A stretch of 64,000 bases of DNA from contig CAWJMD010000004.1 in assembly GCA_963843835.1 (NCBI GenBank), positions 73,526 through 137,525 on the forward strand, given 5' to 3'. Source of the stretch: an uncultured Actinomycetota bacterium (lineage in GTDB: Bacteria; Actinomycetota; Actinomycetes; Actinomycetales; CAWJMD01). Below are positions 19,577 through 27,864 of the stretch, one piece after another. A program made the position numbers and the translations under genes. Within the stretch, counting starts at the first letter, position 1; each line of letters opens with the position of its first letter. The notes beneath the pieces were generated by a model. The model was given only the letters and a program-made list of their open reading frames with translations, was not told the origin of the DNA and searched no databases.

Positions 19577-20491
19577 CTACAGCGGATCGCTCCCGACGTC
19601 GGAGTCCAGCTCGCGGAGCATGCTGACCGCGTCGTCGACCACGGACGAGTCGTCCGCCCGCGCGCCGTGCAGGAGCCAGCGGGCCAGGGCCAGCTCACCG
19701 GCGAGGCGGGCACGGAGCGCCAGGTTGCGGTCGGGCTGGTCGACGCGTGCCATCGCGTAGGCCTCGAGCACCGAGTCGAGCGCGGCCTCGTCCGAGCCCA
19801 CCGCGACCCAGGCGAGGTCGTCGGCGGGATCGGCGACCTTGGCCTCCGCCCAGTCCAGCACCCCCACGACACGGCCGTCCTCGACGAGCACGTGCTCGGC
19901 GACCAGGTCGCCGTGCACGACGGTCGGCTGGAAGCGCCAGCGGCCGACGTCCTCCAGCGCGCGCTCCCAGCGGGTGAGCAGGCCGGAGGGCACGTGGCCG
20001 GTCGCGGCCGCCCGGTCGAGCTCGGCCATCCGACGCATGCGGTACTCCTCGGCCTCGTACACCGGCAGCCCCGCGTCCTCCACGATGCCGCGCGGCACCT
20101 CGTGCAGGGCGGCCAGGGCCGTACCGAGGGCGGCTCCGAGCGACGGGCCCAGGTCTCCCGGGTGCAGCGGTTCGCCCGACAGGTAGCGGTAGACCATGGC
20201 CCGGCCGCCCTCGGGCAGGTCGACCGTCGTCGTCGGGTCGGGGACGGCGAAGGGCAGCGCCGCGCGGGCAGGGTCGCGCAGGCCCCGCAGCAGGGCGAGC
20301 TCGCTCTCCAGCGCCGCGCCCGCGGTGACCGAGACCGGAGCCCGCACCACCCAGTGGCGGTTCTGGTCGTCCGTCACGACGGCCGTGTCGAAGTCGGCGC
20401 CCGCGACCGCGGTCGGGCGCGTGACGACCGGCACCAGGCCGGGGGCCGCGCCACTGGCCAGGGCGGCGAGGACGAGAGGGGAACGGGGCAC
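19577..20491 (-). CDS. aminoglycoside/macrolide phosphotransferase-family kinase (APH-like)
   Basis: VVHGDLVAEHVLV (Brenner-like HGD motif) and VLDWAEAKVADPADDLAW (DxD/DFG-like). Confidence 0.8.
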   Translation of the reverse strand: MPRSPLVLAALASGAAPGLVPVVTRPTAVAGADFDTAVVTDDQNRHWVVRAPVSVTAGAALESELALLRGLRDPARAALPFAVPDPTTTVDLPEGGRAMVYRYLSGEPLHPGDLGPSLGAALGTALAALHEVPRGIVEDAGLPVYEAEEYRMRRMAELDRAAATGHVPSGLLTRWERALEDVGRWRFQPTVVHGDLVAEHVLVEDGRVVGVLDWAEAKVADPADDLAWVAVGSDEAALDSVLEAYAMARVDQPDRNLALRARLAGELALARWLLHGARADDSSVVDDAVSMLRELDSDVGSDPL

Positions 20492-20573
20492 GCCCTAACG
20501 GTACGGCGCAGGGACTCCCGGGCCGGGCGGGTGGCGGTCGGCGGGCGCGTCGCGGGACCCGTACGGTGTCGGC

Positions 20574-21593
20574 GTGGCATTCGGCGAAGCGACCACCGTC
20601 CCATCGGCCGGTCCCCGGGACGGACCCCTCGGCCGGCTCACCCTGGCCCGAGGAGCGCTCGACCGCAGGGCGCACCTGCGCCGCGACCCCGGCCTGGTCG
20701 CGAGCCGACGCGAGGACCCGGCGACGCGCGTGATGACGCTGGTCGGCGCTCGGGTCGAGGTCGTCGACCAGGAGGGCGCGGGCCGACTGCACCTGCGCGC
20801 CCCGTCCGAGGTGGGCGACGTCGAGGGCCGCCTGTGGGTCTACCTCGGGCGCGACGAGGCCGGCACCGAGTACCTGGCGGCGGCCGACCCGGTGCCGGAC
20901 GACGACCGCCGGACGGACAGGTCCCGCGCCGCAGACCCCGACGCGGGTGCCGTCGGTCCCGGCGGGGGCCGCCTGGCGGGGCTGCGCGAGGTCGGTGCGC
21001 TGCTCGACGACACCGGTGCCGGGCTCGTCACCAGCGCTGTCGCCCTGTCGAACTGGCACGCGACCCACACACGGTGCCCGCGGTGCGGGGCGCCCACCGC
21101 GCCCGAGCAGGGTGGCTGGGTGCGCCGCTGCACCGAGGACGGCACCGAGCACTACCCACGCACCGACCCCGCGGTGATCGTCGCCCTCGTCGACGCCGAC
21201 GACCGGCTGCTCCTCGGCCGGCACCCCGACTGGCCGGAGAACCGGTTCTCGACGCTCGCCGGCTTCGTCGAGCCGGGGGAGTCCGTCGAGGACGCGGTAC
21301 GGCGCGAGGTGTTCGAGGAGTCCGGCGTGACGGTCGGTGAGGTCACCTACCTCGGCAGCCAGCCCTGGCCGTTCCCGGCGTCGCTGATGATCGGCTGCCG
21401 GGGCGTCGCGGTCGACCCGTCCATCACGGTGGACGGTGACGAGATCGGTGAGGCCCGCTGGTTCAGCCGGGCCGACCTGCTCGACGAGTGCCGTTCGGGC
21501 CGCCTTCTCATCCCGCCGGGCATCTCGATCTCGCGGCGCCTGGTCGAGCACTGGTACGGGGAGCCGCTGCCTACCGAGGGCACCTGGCGCTGA
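20574..21593 (+). CDS. nudC: NAD+ diphosphatase NudC
   Basis: Zinc ribbon CPRCGAPT...RRC, and Nudix box GFVEPGESVEDAVRREVFEESGV followed by SQPWPFPASLM. Confidence 0.9.
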   Translation: MAFGEATTVPSAGPRDGPLGRLTLARGALDRRAHLRRDPGLVASRREDPATRVMTLVGARVEVVDQEGAGRLHLRAPSEVGDVEGRLWVYLGRDEAGTEYLAAADPVPDDDRRTDRSRAADPDAGAVGPGGGRLAGLREVGALLDDTGAGLVTSAVALSNWHATHTRCPRCGAPTAPEQGGWVRRCTEDGTEHYPRTDPAVIVALVDADDRLLLGRHPDWPENRFSTLAGFVEPGESVEDAVRREVFEESGVTVGEVTYLGSQPWPFPASLMIGCRGVAVDPSITVDGDEIGEARWFSRADLLDECRSGRLLIPPGISISRRLVEHWYGEPLPTEGTWR

Positions 21594-21606
21594 CCCCACC
21601 CCACGC

Positions 21607-21667
21607 GCCGACTGGTCGCATCTGGCGCGACACGCGCGGCGTGTCGCGCCAGATGCGACCAGTCGGC
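21607..21667. terminator. perfect 29-bp-stem / 3-nt-loop palindrome, probable bidirectional terminator
   Basis: Positions 21607-21635 pair base-for-base with 21667-21639 (checked position by position). Flanking tgacccc/ggggtca (21591-97 / 21678-84) extend the symmetry to both stop codons. Confidence 0.7.
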
Positions 21668-21681
21668 TTGTAGGGAGGGGG

Positions 21682-22314
21682 TCAGGGCGTGGGGTGCGCC
21701 ACCGCGGGACGGTCGGGGTGGTCCGCCCGGACGACGACGTCGGCGCGCTCGGGGGGCCACGTCTCGTCCACGTAGCGCCGCCAGGCGCCCGGAACGCGGC
21801 GGCGGTCGGCAGGGGGCAGGCGCCGCTCGAGCGCGGCGGCGGAGGTCTGCAGGTGGACGGAGACGTCGAAGGCGTCGGCGGTCTCCCACCGCAGCAGGTA
21901 GGGGCCGCTCACGACCAGCACCGCGCCGGGTGGTGCGGGCTCGCGAGGCGCCCGGGTGGCCCGGTCGGTCGCGACGTCCCAGAGGGTCGGCAGCCAGTGG
22001 CCGTCACCGTCCGGTCCGAGCGGGTCGAGCACCTCGCGACGCAACGCCTCGTGATCGACCCAGCGCTCGTACCCGGCGTCCGGGTCGTCCCGGCCGTACT
22101 CGAGCCGCACCGAGCGGGGCCGCAGGAACGAGTCCGCGCTCACCGGCAGGACGCGACGTCCACGGCCGCGCAGCTCGTCGCCGATGCCGGTGGCCAGTGC
22201 GCGGGCGTCGTCGTCCACGGCGCCGTCGACGGCGACGCGGACGTACCGGGCGCCCGACTCGATGACGGCCAGCGCCAGCTCGGCGACGCGGGCGTGCAGG
22301 ACGCCCGGCGTCAC
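21682..22314 (-). CDS. uridine-kinase-like protein with degenerate P-loop
   Basis: 210 aa. The position where a Walker A is expected reads VAVDGAVDDDARAL (no GK[ST]). The rest resembles the actinobacterial 'uridine kinase' annotation family. The call is weak. Confidence 0.5.
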   Translation of the reverse strand: MTPGVLHARVAELALAVIESGARYVRVAVDGAVDDDARALATGIGDELRGRGRRVLPVSADSFLRPRSVRLEYGRDDPDAGYERWVDHEALRREVLDPLGPDGDGHWLPTLWDVATDRATRAPREPAPPGAVLVVSGPYLLRWETADAFDVSVHLQTSAAALERRLPPADRRRVPGAWRRYVDETWPPERADVVVRADHPDRPAVAHPTP

Positions 22315-22331
22315 CGGCTCGATCCTGGGGT

Positions 22332-22589
22332 TCAGACGCCCAGCCGCACCTTGACCTCGCCCAGGGAGGGGTTGGTCGCAGCCGAGCCGTCCGGGAACAG
22401 CAGGGTCGGCACCGTCTGGTTGCCGTTGTTCACCTTCGTCACGTACTCCGCGGCGTCGGGGTGCTGCTCGATGTTGACCTCGGTGTAGGCGATGCCCTCA
22501 CGGTCGAGTGCCTTCTTCAGGACCCGGCAGTAGCCGCACCACGTGGTGCTGAACATCGTCACGGTGCCGGCTGCGGGCTTGTGGTGCAT
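22332..22589 (-). CDS. mrx1: mycoredoxin (glutaredoxin-like, CGYC active site)
   Basis: 85 aa, MHHKPAAGTVTMFSTTWCGYCRVLKKALDREGIAY...NQTVPTLLF. Divergent from uvrD2, as I recall for Mtb Rv3198A/Rv3198c. Confidence 0.85.
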   Translation of the reverse strand: MHHKPAAGTVTMFSTTWCGYCRVLKKALDREGIAYTEVNIEQHPDAAEYVTKVNNGNQTVPTLLFPDGSAATNPSLGEVKVRLGV

Positions 22590-22703
22590 CGAGAGTCGCT
22601 CCCAGGTGTCGAGAAGGTCCGTTTCACCGGGGGCAACCCGGAGATCCGGTTCAGTGTTCCGTGCCCCGTGGCGCGGGTTGTCCGAGAGGCTTGCCAGGAT
22701 GAG

Positions 22704-24824
22704 GTGGTGCTGACTGTGGATGCCGATGCGGTGCTGGCCGCTCTCGACCCCGAGCAGCGGGCCGTGGCCACCTCCCTGCGGGGGCCGGTCTGCGTGCTGG
22801 CGGGCGCCGGAACGGGCAAGACGCGCGCCATCACGCACCGCATCGCGTACGGCGTGCACAGCGGCGTGTACGCCCCCACCCAGGTGCTCGCCGTCACCTT
22901 CACCGCACGGGCGGCCGGCGAGATGCGCACGCGGCTGAGGGATCTCGCGGTCGTGGGCGTCCAGGCCCGAACATTCCACTCGGCTGCACTGCGGCAGCTG
23001 CAGTACTTCTGGCCGCAGGCCGTCGGCGGCGCGCTTCCCCCGCTGCTCGACCACAAGGCACGGCTCGTCGGCGAGGCTGCGTCGCGCCTCCGCCTGCCCG
23101 TCGACCGGGCGACGGTGCGCGACCTCTCGGCGGAGGTCGAGTGGGCGAAGGTGAGCATGCTCACACCGGACGAGTACCCCGCCGCGGCCGCCACCGCGCA
23201 GCGGGGCACCCCGGCCGGCCTCGACGCTCCGACCGTCGCCCGGCTGCTGCGCTCCTACGAGGACGTGAAGACCGAGCGGGCGGTGATCGACTTCGAGGAC
23301 GTCCTGCTGCTCACCGCGGGAATCCTCGAGGAGCGCCCCGACATCGCCGCGACCGTCCGCGGCCAGTACCGCCACTTCGTGGTGGACGAGTACCAGGACG
23401 TCTCCGGGCTGCAGCAGCGCCTGCTCGACCTCTGGCTGGCCGACCGCGACGACCTCTGCGTGGTCGGGGACGCCAGCCAGACCATCTACTCCTTCGCCGG
23501 GGCGACGCCGCAGCACCTGCTGGGGTTCCGCACGCGGTTCCCCGACGCCGAGGTGGTCCGGCTCGTCCGTGACTACCGCTCCACCCCCCAGGTCGTCGGC
23601 CTGGCCAACCGCCTGCTCGACAAGGCGCCCGCCCACGCGCGGGCCGCCCGAGTCGAGCTCGTGGCCCAGCGCCCACCCGGCCCGGAGCCGGAGCTGACCG
23701 AGTACGCCGACGACGTCGAGGAGGCGGCAGGCGTCGCCCGGCGCATCGCCCAGCTGGTCGCCGAAGGCACCCCGGCCGGCCAGATCGCCGTCCTCTACCG
23801 CACGAACGGTCAGTCCCAGCCGCTGGAGGCCGCGCTCGCGGACGCCGGCATCGGCTACCTGCTGCGCGGCGGCGAGCGCTTCTTCCAGCGCAAGGAGGTG
23901 CGCGAGGCGATCCTGCTGCTGCGGGGCGCCGCCCGGGCCGACGACGGCTCCGGCCCGCTCGGGGACCTGGCACGTGACGTGCTCGCGTCCGGGGGGTGGA
24001 CCCGCGCGTCACCGAAGGGCACGGGCGCCGTGCGGGAGCGCTGGGAGTCGCTGCAGGCCCTGGCCGCGCTCGCGGACGACGTGGCCGCCGCCCGGCCGGG
24101 CGCCCGGTTGAACGACCTGGTGGCCGAGCTCGACGAGCGCGCCGCGGCCCAGCACGCGCCGTCGGTCGACGGGGTCACGCTCGCCTCCCTGCACGCCGCG
24201 AAGGGTCTGGAGTGGGACGTCGTGGCGCTCGTCGGGCTGTCCGAGGGCCTGATGCCGATCTCCTTCGCCGACTCTGAGGCGGCTGTCGAGGAGGAGCGGC
24301 GGCTGCTGTACGTCGGCATCACGCGTGCTCGCGAGCGTCTGCTGCTCTCGTGGACGCTCTCGCGCACGCCGGGAGGGAGGGCGTCGCGTCGCCCGTCGCG
24401 TTTCCTGGACGGTCTGCGTCCGGAGTCGTCGAGCGACCGGACGCGGCGTGGTCGGGCAGGCTCCGCCGGCGGGGGAGAGGGGCGGCGAGGCAAGGGCTCG
24501 AAGGCGCGGAGGTCGTCGCTGCACACGACGTGCCGTGGGTGCGGTCTGTCGCTGAGCACAGGCGCCGAGCGGAAGGTCGGTCGCTGCGCCGACTGCCCCC
24601 CGGACTACGACGAGAAGCTGTTCGAGTCCCTGCGGGGCTGGCGTGCCGGCGTCGCGGCGGAGGGCAAGGTCCCGGCCTACGTGGTCTTCACGGACGCCAC
24701 GCTCGAGGCGATCGCGTACCGCAAACCGACTGACACGCAAGGACTTCTGGCGATCTCGGGGATCGGCCAGAGCAAGCTGGAACGCTACGGGGAGCAGGTT
24801 CTGGAGCTCATCTCCGAGGCCTGA
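22704..24824 (+). CDS. uvrD2: ATP-dependent DNA helicase UvrD2 (SF1 motor plus tetra-Cys plus HRDC)
   Basis: VLAGAGTGKT, VVDEYQDVS, VGDASQTIYSFAGA, SLHAAKGLEWD, CRGC...CADC and a C-terminal HRDC (YVVFTDATLEAIA...GIGQSKLERYG). Start GTG 22704 is tentative. Confidence 0.9.
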   Translation: MVLTVDADAVLAALDPEQRAVATSLRGPVCVLAGAGTGKTRAITHRIAYGVHSGVYAPTQVLAVTFTARAAGEMRTRLRDLAVVGVQARTFHSAALRQLQYFWPQAVGGALPPLLDHKARLVGEAASRLRLPVDRATVRDLSAEVEWAKVSMLTPDEYPAAAATAQRGTPAGLDAPTVARLLRSYEDVKTERAVIDFEDVLLLTAGILEERPDIAATVRGQYRHFVVDEYQDVSGLQQRLLDLWLADRDDLCVVGDASQTIYSFAGATPQHLLGFRTRFPDAEVVRLVRDYRSTPQVVGLANRLLDKAPAHARAARVELVAQRPPGPEPELTEYADDVEEAAGVARRIAQLVAEGTPAGQIAVLYRTNGQSQPLEAALADAGIGYLLRGGERFFQRKEVREAILLLRGAARADDGSGPLGDLARDVLASGGWTRASPKGTGAVRERWESLQALAALADDVAAARPGARLNDLVAELDERAAAQHAPSVDGVTLASLHAAKGLEWDVVALVGLSEGLMPISFADSEAAVEEERRLLYVGITRARERLLLSWTLSRTPGGRASRRPSRFLDGLRPESSSDRTRRGRAGSAGGGEGRRGKGSKARRSSLHTTCRGCGLSLSTGAERKVGRCADCPPDYDEKLFESLRGWRAGVAAEGKVPAYVVFTDATLEAIAYRKPTDTQGLLAISGIGQSKLERYGEQVLELISEA

Positions 24825-24848
24825 GGAAGATTTCTCAGAATCACCGCG

Positions 24849-24887
24849 TTAATTCGATTGCCGCGCGCCGGGCAGCGCCTCTAGCCT
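24849..24887 (+). promoter_or_regulatory. candidate whiB7 promoter: AT-rich tract abutting a -35-like TTGCCG, 18-nt spacer, TAGCCT
   Basis: ttaattcgaTTGCCGcgcgccgggcagcgcctcTAGCCT. This is the only AT-rich patch in this intergenic region. WhiB7 promoters are known to carry an AT-rich AT-hook site next to the -35. Confidence 0.35.
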
Positions 24888-24978
24888 GTGCAGACGGCTC
24901 GAGCAGAGCTGTGCTGACATGACCGGCATCCGGCCGTGGGTGTGACACGGACCGTACCTGTGAGAGGAGGGTGACCTG

Positions 24979-25197
24979 ATGGAGATCTACACGATCACGA
25001 AGAGCGCGATCGGCGCTGCCGAGTGCCGTAACCGTGTCGATGGGGTCACCCCTGCCCTCACCGAGATGCGGCACGTCGGCAGCGATCAGCGCGCGTTCAC
25101 GGGTGGAGTGCGCCTTCTGCCGATCGGCACGGCCACCCCCGCCGCCCGCTTCCGCCCCGTCCTGGGAACCGTGGAGCCTGGAGGCCCACCGGTATAG
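24979..25197 (+). CDS. upstream ORF (72 codons) in the whiB7 leader
   Basis: GAGGAGGG sits 7 nt upstream of ATG 24979. GC3 is high through the ORF (MEIYTITKSAIGAAECRNRV...). The stop lies 10 nt before a hairpin. Confidence 0.5.
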   Translation: MEIYTITKSAIGAAECRNRVDGVTPALTEMRHVGSDQRAFTGGVRLLPIGTATPAARFRPVLGTVEPGGPPV

Positions 25198-25243
25198 GTC
25201 GACCACGAGTCGACCGGAGTCGTCGACTCAGACCGGAGCCACC

Positions 25244-25275
25244 AGGCCGCGGACCCCACCAGGGATCCGCGGCCT
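25244..25275 (+). terminator. candidate attenuator hairpin in the whiB7 leader
   Basis: aggccgcgga (25244-53) pairs perfectly with tccgcggcct (25266-75), followed by ttcgtcgtct. A second hairpin, gagtcgac/gtcgactc, lies at 25207-25229. Confidence 0.4.
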
Positions 25276-25356
25276 TCGTCGTCTGCGGACCACCGACGTC
25301 ACCAGCACCCGCGAGACGCCACCACAAGTGGCCCGACCACCCAGGAGGTGCCCGCG

Positions 25357-25665
25357 ATGCAGCTCGCGGCACTGCTCGACCGGCTCGACTCGCCGGAACA
25401 GCCCACGACCGGCATCCCCTGCCGGGACAACGACGGCGAGCTCTGGTTCGCCGACCGTCCCGCCGATGTCGAGTTCGCCAAGACCCTGTGCGGGGACTGC
25501 CCCGCGCGCGAGGTCTGCCTCGCAGGAGCCCTCGAGCGGCGCGAGCCGTGGGGCGTCTGGGGTGGCGAGCTCTTCGAGGCGGGAGTCGTCGTCCCGCGCA
25601 AGCGTCCTCGGGGCCGTCCGCGCAAGGACGACCCCCGCTACACCCAGGCCCACCCCGCGGCCTGA
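25357..25665 (+). CDS. whiB7: WhiB7 (WhiB-family Fe-S transcription factor with C-terminal AT-hook)
   Basis: AGGAGG 8 nt upstream of ATG 25357. Cys pattern C-x22-CGDC-x5-C, EPWGVWGGE turn and AT-hook RKRPRGRPRKD. Adjacent to uvrD2, as I recall for mycobacteria. Confidence 0.9.
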   Translation: MQLAALLDRLDSPEQPTTGIPCRDNDGELWFADRPADVEFAKTLCGDCPAREVCLAGALERREPWGVWGGELFEAGVVVPRKRPRGRPRKDDPRYTQAHPAA

Positions 25666-25700
25666 CCCCTTCGAACCATGAGACCCAGAGGAGACCTCCG

Positions 25701-25877
25701 ATGTTCTACGTCACCGAGCAGCTCGCTCGGGAGCAGCAGCGCCAGACCGAGCAGCACACCGCGCACCTGCGCCTCGTCCGCGCCCTGCGGGCGCAGCGGC
25801 GCGCGACCCGTCAGGCGCACGTCGCCACCTCCGCGCTGGCACGGGTCGGGCCCACCGCCTGCCTCGTCAGTGCCTGA
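25701..25877 (+). CDS. small hypothetical protein (58 aa) 35 nt downstream of whiB7
   Basis: AGGAGA 6 nt upstream of ATG 25701, very high GC3, MFYVTEQLAREQQRQTEQHTAHLRLVRALRAQRR..., followed by terminator hairpins. Confidence 0.45.
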   Translation: MFYVTEQLAREQQRQTEQHTAHLRLVRALRAQRRATRQAHVATSALARVGPTACLVSA

Positions 25878-25891
25878 TCCCGGGCGTTGCC

Positions 25892-25911
25892 CGGGGCTCT
25901 CGGGAGCCCCG
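25892..25911 (+). terminator. stem-loop cggggctc-tcgg-gagccccg
   Basis: 8-bp perfect stem located 15 nt after the small-ORF stop. Confidence 0.5.
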
Positions 25912-25931
25912 CCGACCGCATCGCCCGCTAC

Positions 25932-25973
25932 CAGTCGGACCCACCGTGCACCTCTTGCCGGTGGGTCCGACTG
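25932..25973. terminator. 14-bp perfect stem hairpin between convergent genes
   Basis: cagtcggacccacc (25932-45) and ggtgggtccgactg (25960-73), lying 34 nt beyond the M15 peptidase stop. Confidence 0.6.
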
Positions 25974-26006
25974 CGTCTCCGGGGTGTTCTGGCGAGGGCC
26001 GGAGCC

Positions 26007-26858
26007 TCAGCGCTGCATGTGCTGGTAGTCGGGGTTCGACCAGGTGCCGCCCCAGGTGAAGCCGTTGTCGGTGAAGGCCTTGAGTGCCAGCGAGCCCACG
26101 GTGATCATGCCGGGCACCCGCGCGCTGCGGTCGGTGTACTTCTTCCCGGCGGGCGGCAGGACCTCGCCGTCCAGGACGTAGGGGTTGATCAGCGGGTTGA
26201 TGTCGATCGCGCGGCCGTACGCGTGCTTCGACCACGATGTGGGGCCGTTGTTCACGGCGGCACGGCAGTTGAAGGCGGACGTGTTGTCGGCGGCCATCGA
26301 GCGGTCGTCGTCCCCGTCGAACTCGTCGACCGGCCGGATGCTCGTGATCGGGAACTGGAGCTCGAACAGGCGGGCGAAGGCCCGACGCGTGGGCGTCAGC
26401 ATGTCCTCGTGGATGACGAGCACGCCGGTGCGCACCCGTCCGTCCATCGCGTGGTAGCCGACGGTCACGGCGCGCAGGGACTCCGGGCCCACCGGACACC
26501 CCTTGCGCCAGGAGGACGGGAGGTCGGCGGCGGTCACCCGCGCCTCTGTCCAGGTGAACCCGGACGGGAGCCCACCCGTTGCGGCCACCGGCTTCGGCGT
26601 CACCGGAGGCGGCGCCACGGCGCCCACCGCGCCGGCCTGCTCGTCGCCTTCCGGAGTTGCTGCTGCTGCGGTCACGGGGGCCTCCACGGTGCTCGAGCTG
26701 TCCTGGCCGTCCTGGGGTGCGGGCGCCAGCCCGACCGGGTCGGCCGAGCAGGCGGCGGCGAGGCCGACGACGAGCACAGCCGCCGCCAGGGCGCCACGCA
26801 CCCGGGACGTCGCCGCCGGGACCGGTCGCTGCACGGGCGTTCTCACGGGGGTTCTCAC
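26007..26858 (-). CDS. M15-family (VanY/peptidase_M15_4-like) zinc peptidase, lipoprotein
   Basis: SKHAYGRAIDIN (HxxxxxxD), GFTWGGTWSNPDYQHM and lipobox-like VGLAAAC. GTG 26858 forms a GTGA overlap with the upstream ldt stop. An alternative GTG is at 26846. Confidence 0.85.
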   Translation of the reverse strand: MRTPVRTPVQRPVPAATSRVRGALAAAVLVVGLAAACSADPVGLAPAPQDGQDSSSTVEAPVTAAAATPEGDEQAGAVGAVAPPPVTPKPVAATGGLPSGFTWTEARVTAADLPSSWRKGCPVGPESLRAVTVGYHAMDGRVRTGVLVIHEDMLTPTRRAFARLFELQFPITSIRPVDEFDGDDDRSMAADNTSAFNCRAAVNNGPTSWSKHAYGRAIDINPLINPYVLDGEVLPPAGKKYTDRSARVPGMITVGSLALKAFTDNGFTWGGTWSNPDYQHMQR

Positions 26859-27742
26859 CGGATCGCGATCACGGCGCCGGACTGCTGCCAGCGCATCAGC
26901 GCGAGCAAGCCGGACGTCGGCACGGAGACGCAGCCGGCGGTCGGCCCACCGGTGGAGACGTGCAGGAAGATCGCGCTGCCGCGGCCCGGCGTCGCCGACT
27001 CGTTGTAGCCGATCACCTGCGCGTAGTCGTACGCGGGCGCGTTGGCCAGCTTCTCGGCGCTCGACCACCGTCCGTCGGCGGGCAGCCGCTGCTGGGTGTT
27101 GTAGAGGGACGAGTCCGGGTCGTCGACCCACACGTCCGAGGAGTCGACCCGGTCCCATCCCTGCGAGAGGCCGGGGTCGGCCTCGAGCCCGAAGCCGCCG
27201 CGCAGCGGATAGACCCCCGCCGGCGTCGCGCCGTCGCCCTCGCGCTTCGATCCGGCGGACGTGACGCCGCTGCGTCCCACGTACCCGGAGTACGGGCCGA
27301 GGTCGGTGACGTAGTCACCGCTCGACGTCCGTGAGCAGCCCTGCACGCTCGCCCGGATCCCCGACGACCGGACGACGATGACCTGCTTCGCTCCGGTGGC
27401 GGACCCCACGACGCACGAGGCGCCTGCGGACGACCCACCGGCAGCCGCGCCACCGGAGCGTGCCGTTGCCGGAGTCCGTGAGGCGGTGGGCCTGGGAGCG
27501 GGCACGGCGACCAGCGCGCCGACGGCCATCGCGGGGGCCGGCACCTGTGCGCCGGCGGCCACCGCGGGCGCGTCCGTCCGGACCGACTGGGCGGCCGCGC
27601 GCTCGGGGCCGAAGCTCGGGGACCTACCGTCCACCCCGAGGGCGACGGAGGCGATCACGACAGCGGTGGCCAGGGACGCCACGACCGCCAGCAGGGTCCC
27701 GCGCCCACCGCCGGGCCGCGACGGCATGCTCGGACGAGTCAC
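26855..27742 (-). CDS. L,D-transpeptidase (YkuD domain)
   Basis: Catalytic motif SAIFLHVSTGGPTAGCVSV and an N-terminal TM anchor. Start at GTG 27742 with GGAGGGG 7 nt upstream. Confidence 0.85.
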   Translation of the reverse strand: MTRPSMPSRPGGGRGTLLAVVASLATAVVIASVALGVDGRSPSFGPERAAAQSVRTDAPAVAAGAQVPAPAMAVGALVAVPAPRPTASRTPATARSGGAAAGGSSAGASCVVGSATGAKQVIVVRSSGIRASVQGCSRTSSGDYVTDLGPYSGYVGRSGVTSAGSKREGDGATPAGVYPLRGGFGLEADPGLSQGWDRVDSSDVWVDDPDSSLYNTQQRLPADGRWSSAEKLANAPAYDYAQVIGYNESATPGRGSAIFLHVSTGGPTAGCVSVPTSGLLALMRWQQSGAVIAIR

Positions 27743-27864
27743 AGGTCGACCCCTCCAGTTCACCGCTCGTCCCCGGGGGCCCTCTACCGGCCACCGGTAC
27801 CGCGTCGACAGTAACCGAGAGACCCCCGAAGGAACACATGTGCATCTTCGCGGCAATCCGGACT

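Noticed and set aside
24853-24866. Partial match ttcgattgccgcg to the tmRNA T-arm ttcgattcccgcc
   Set aside because: Only 7 contiguous bases match and it lies 11.6 kb upstream of ssrA, inside the whiB7 promoter. I judged it coincidental.
25034-25681. 215-aa ORF spanning the whiB7 leader and gene in another frame
   Set aside because: It is Pro/Arg/Ser-rich with no motif, and it overlaps both the uORF and whiB7, which have far better start signals.
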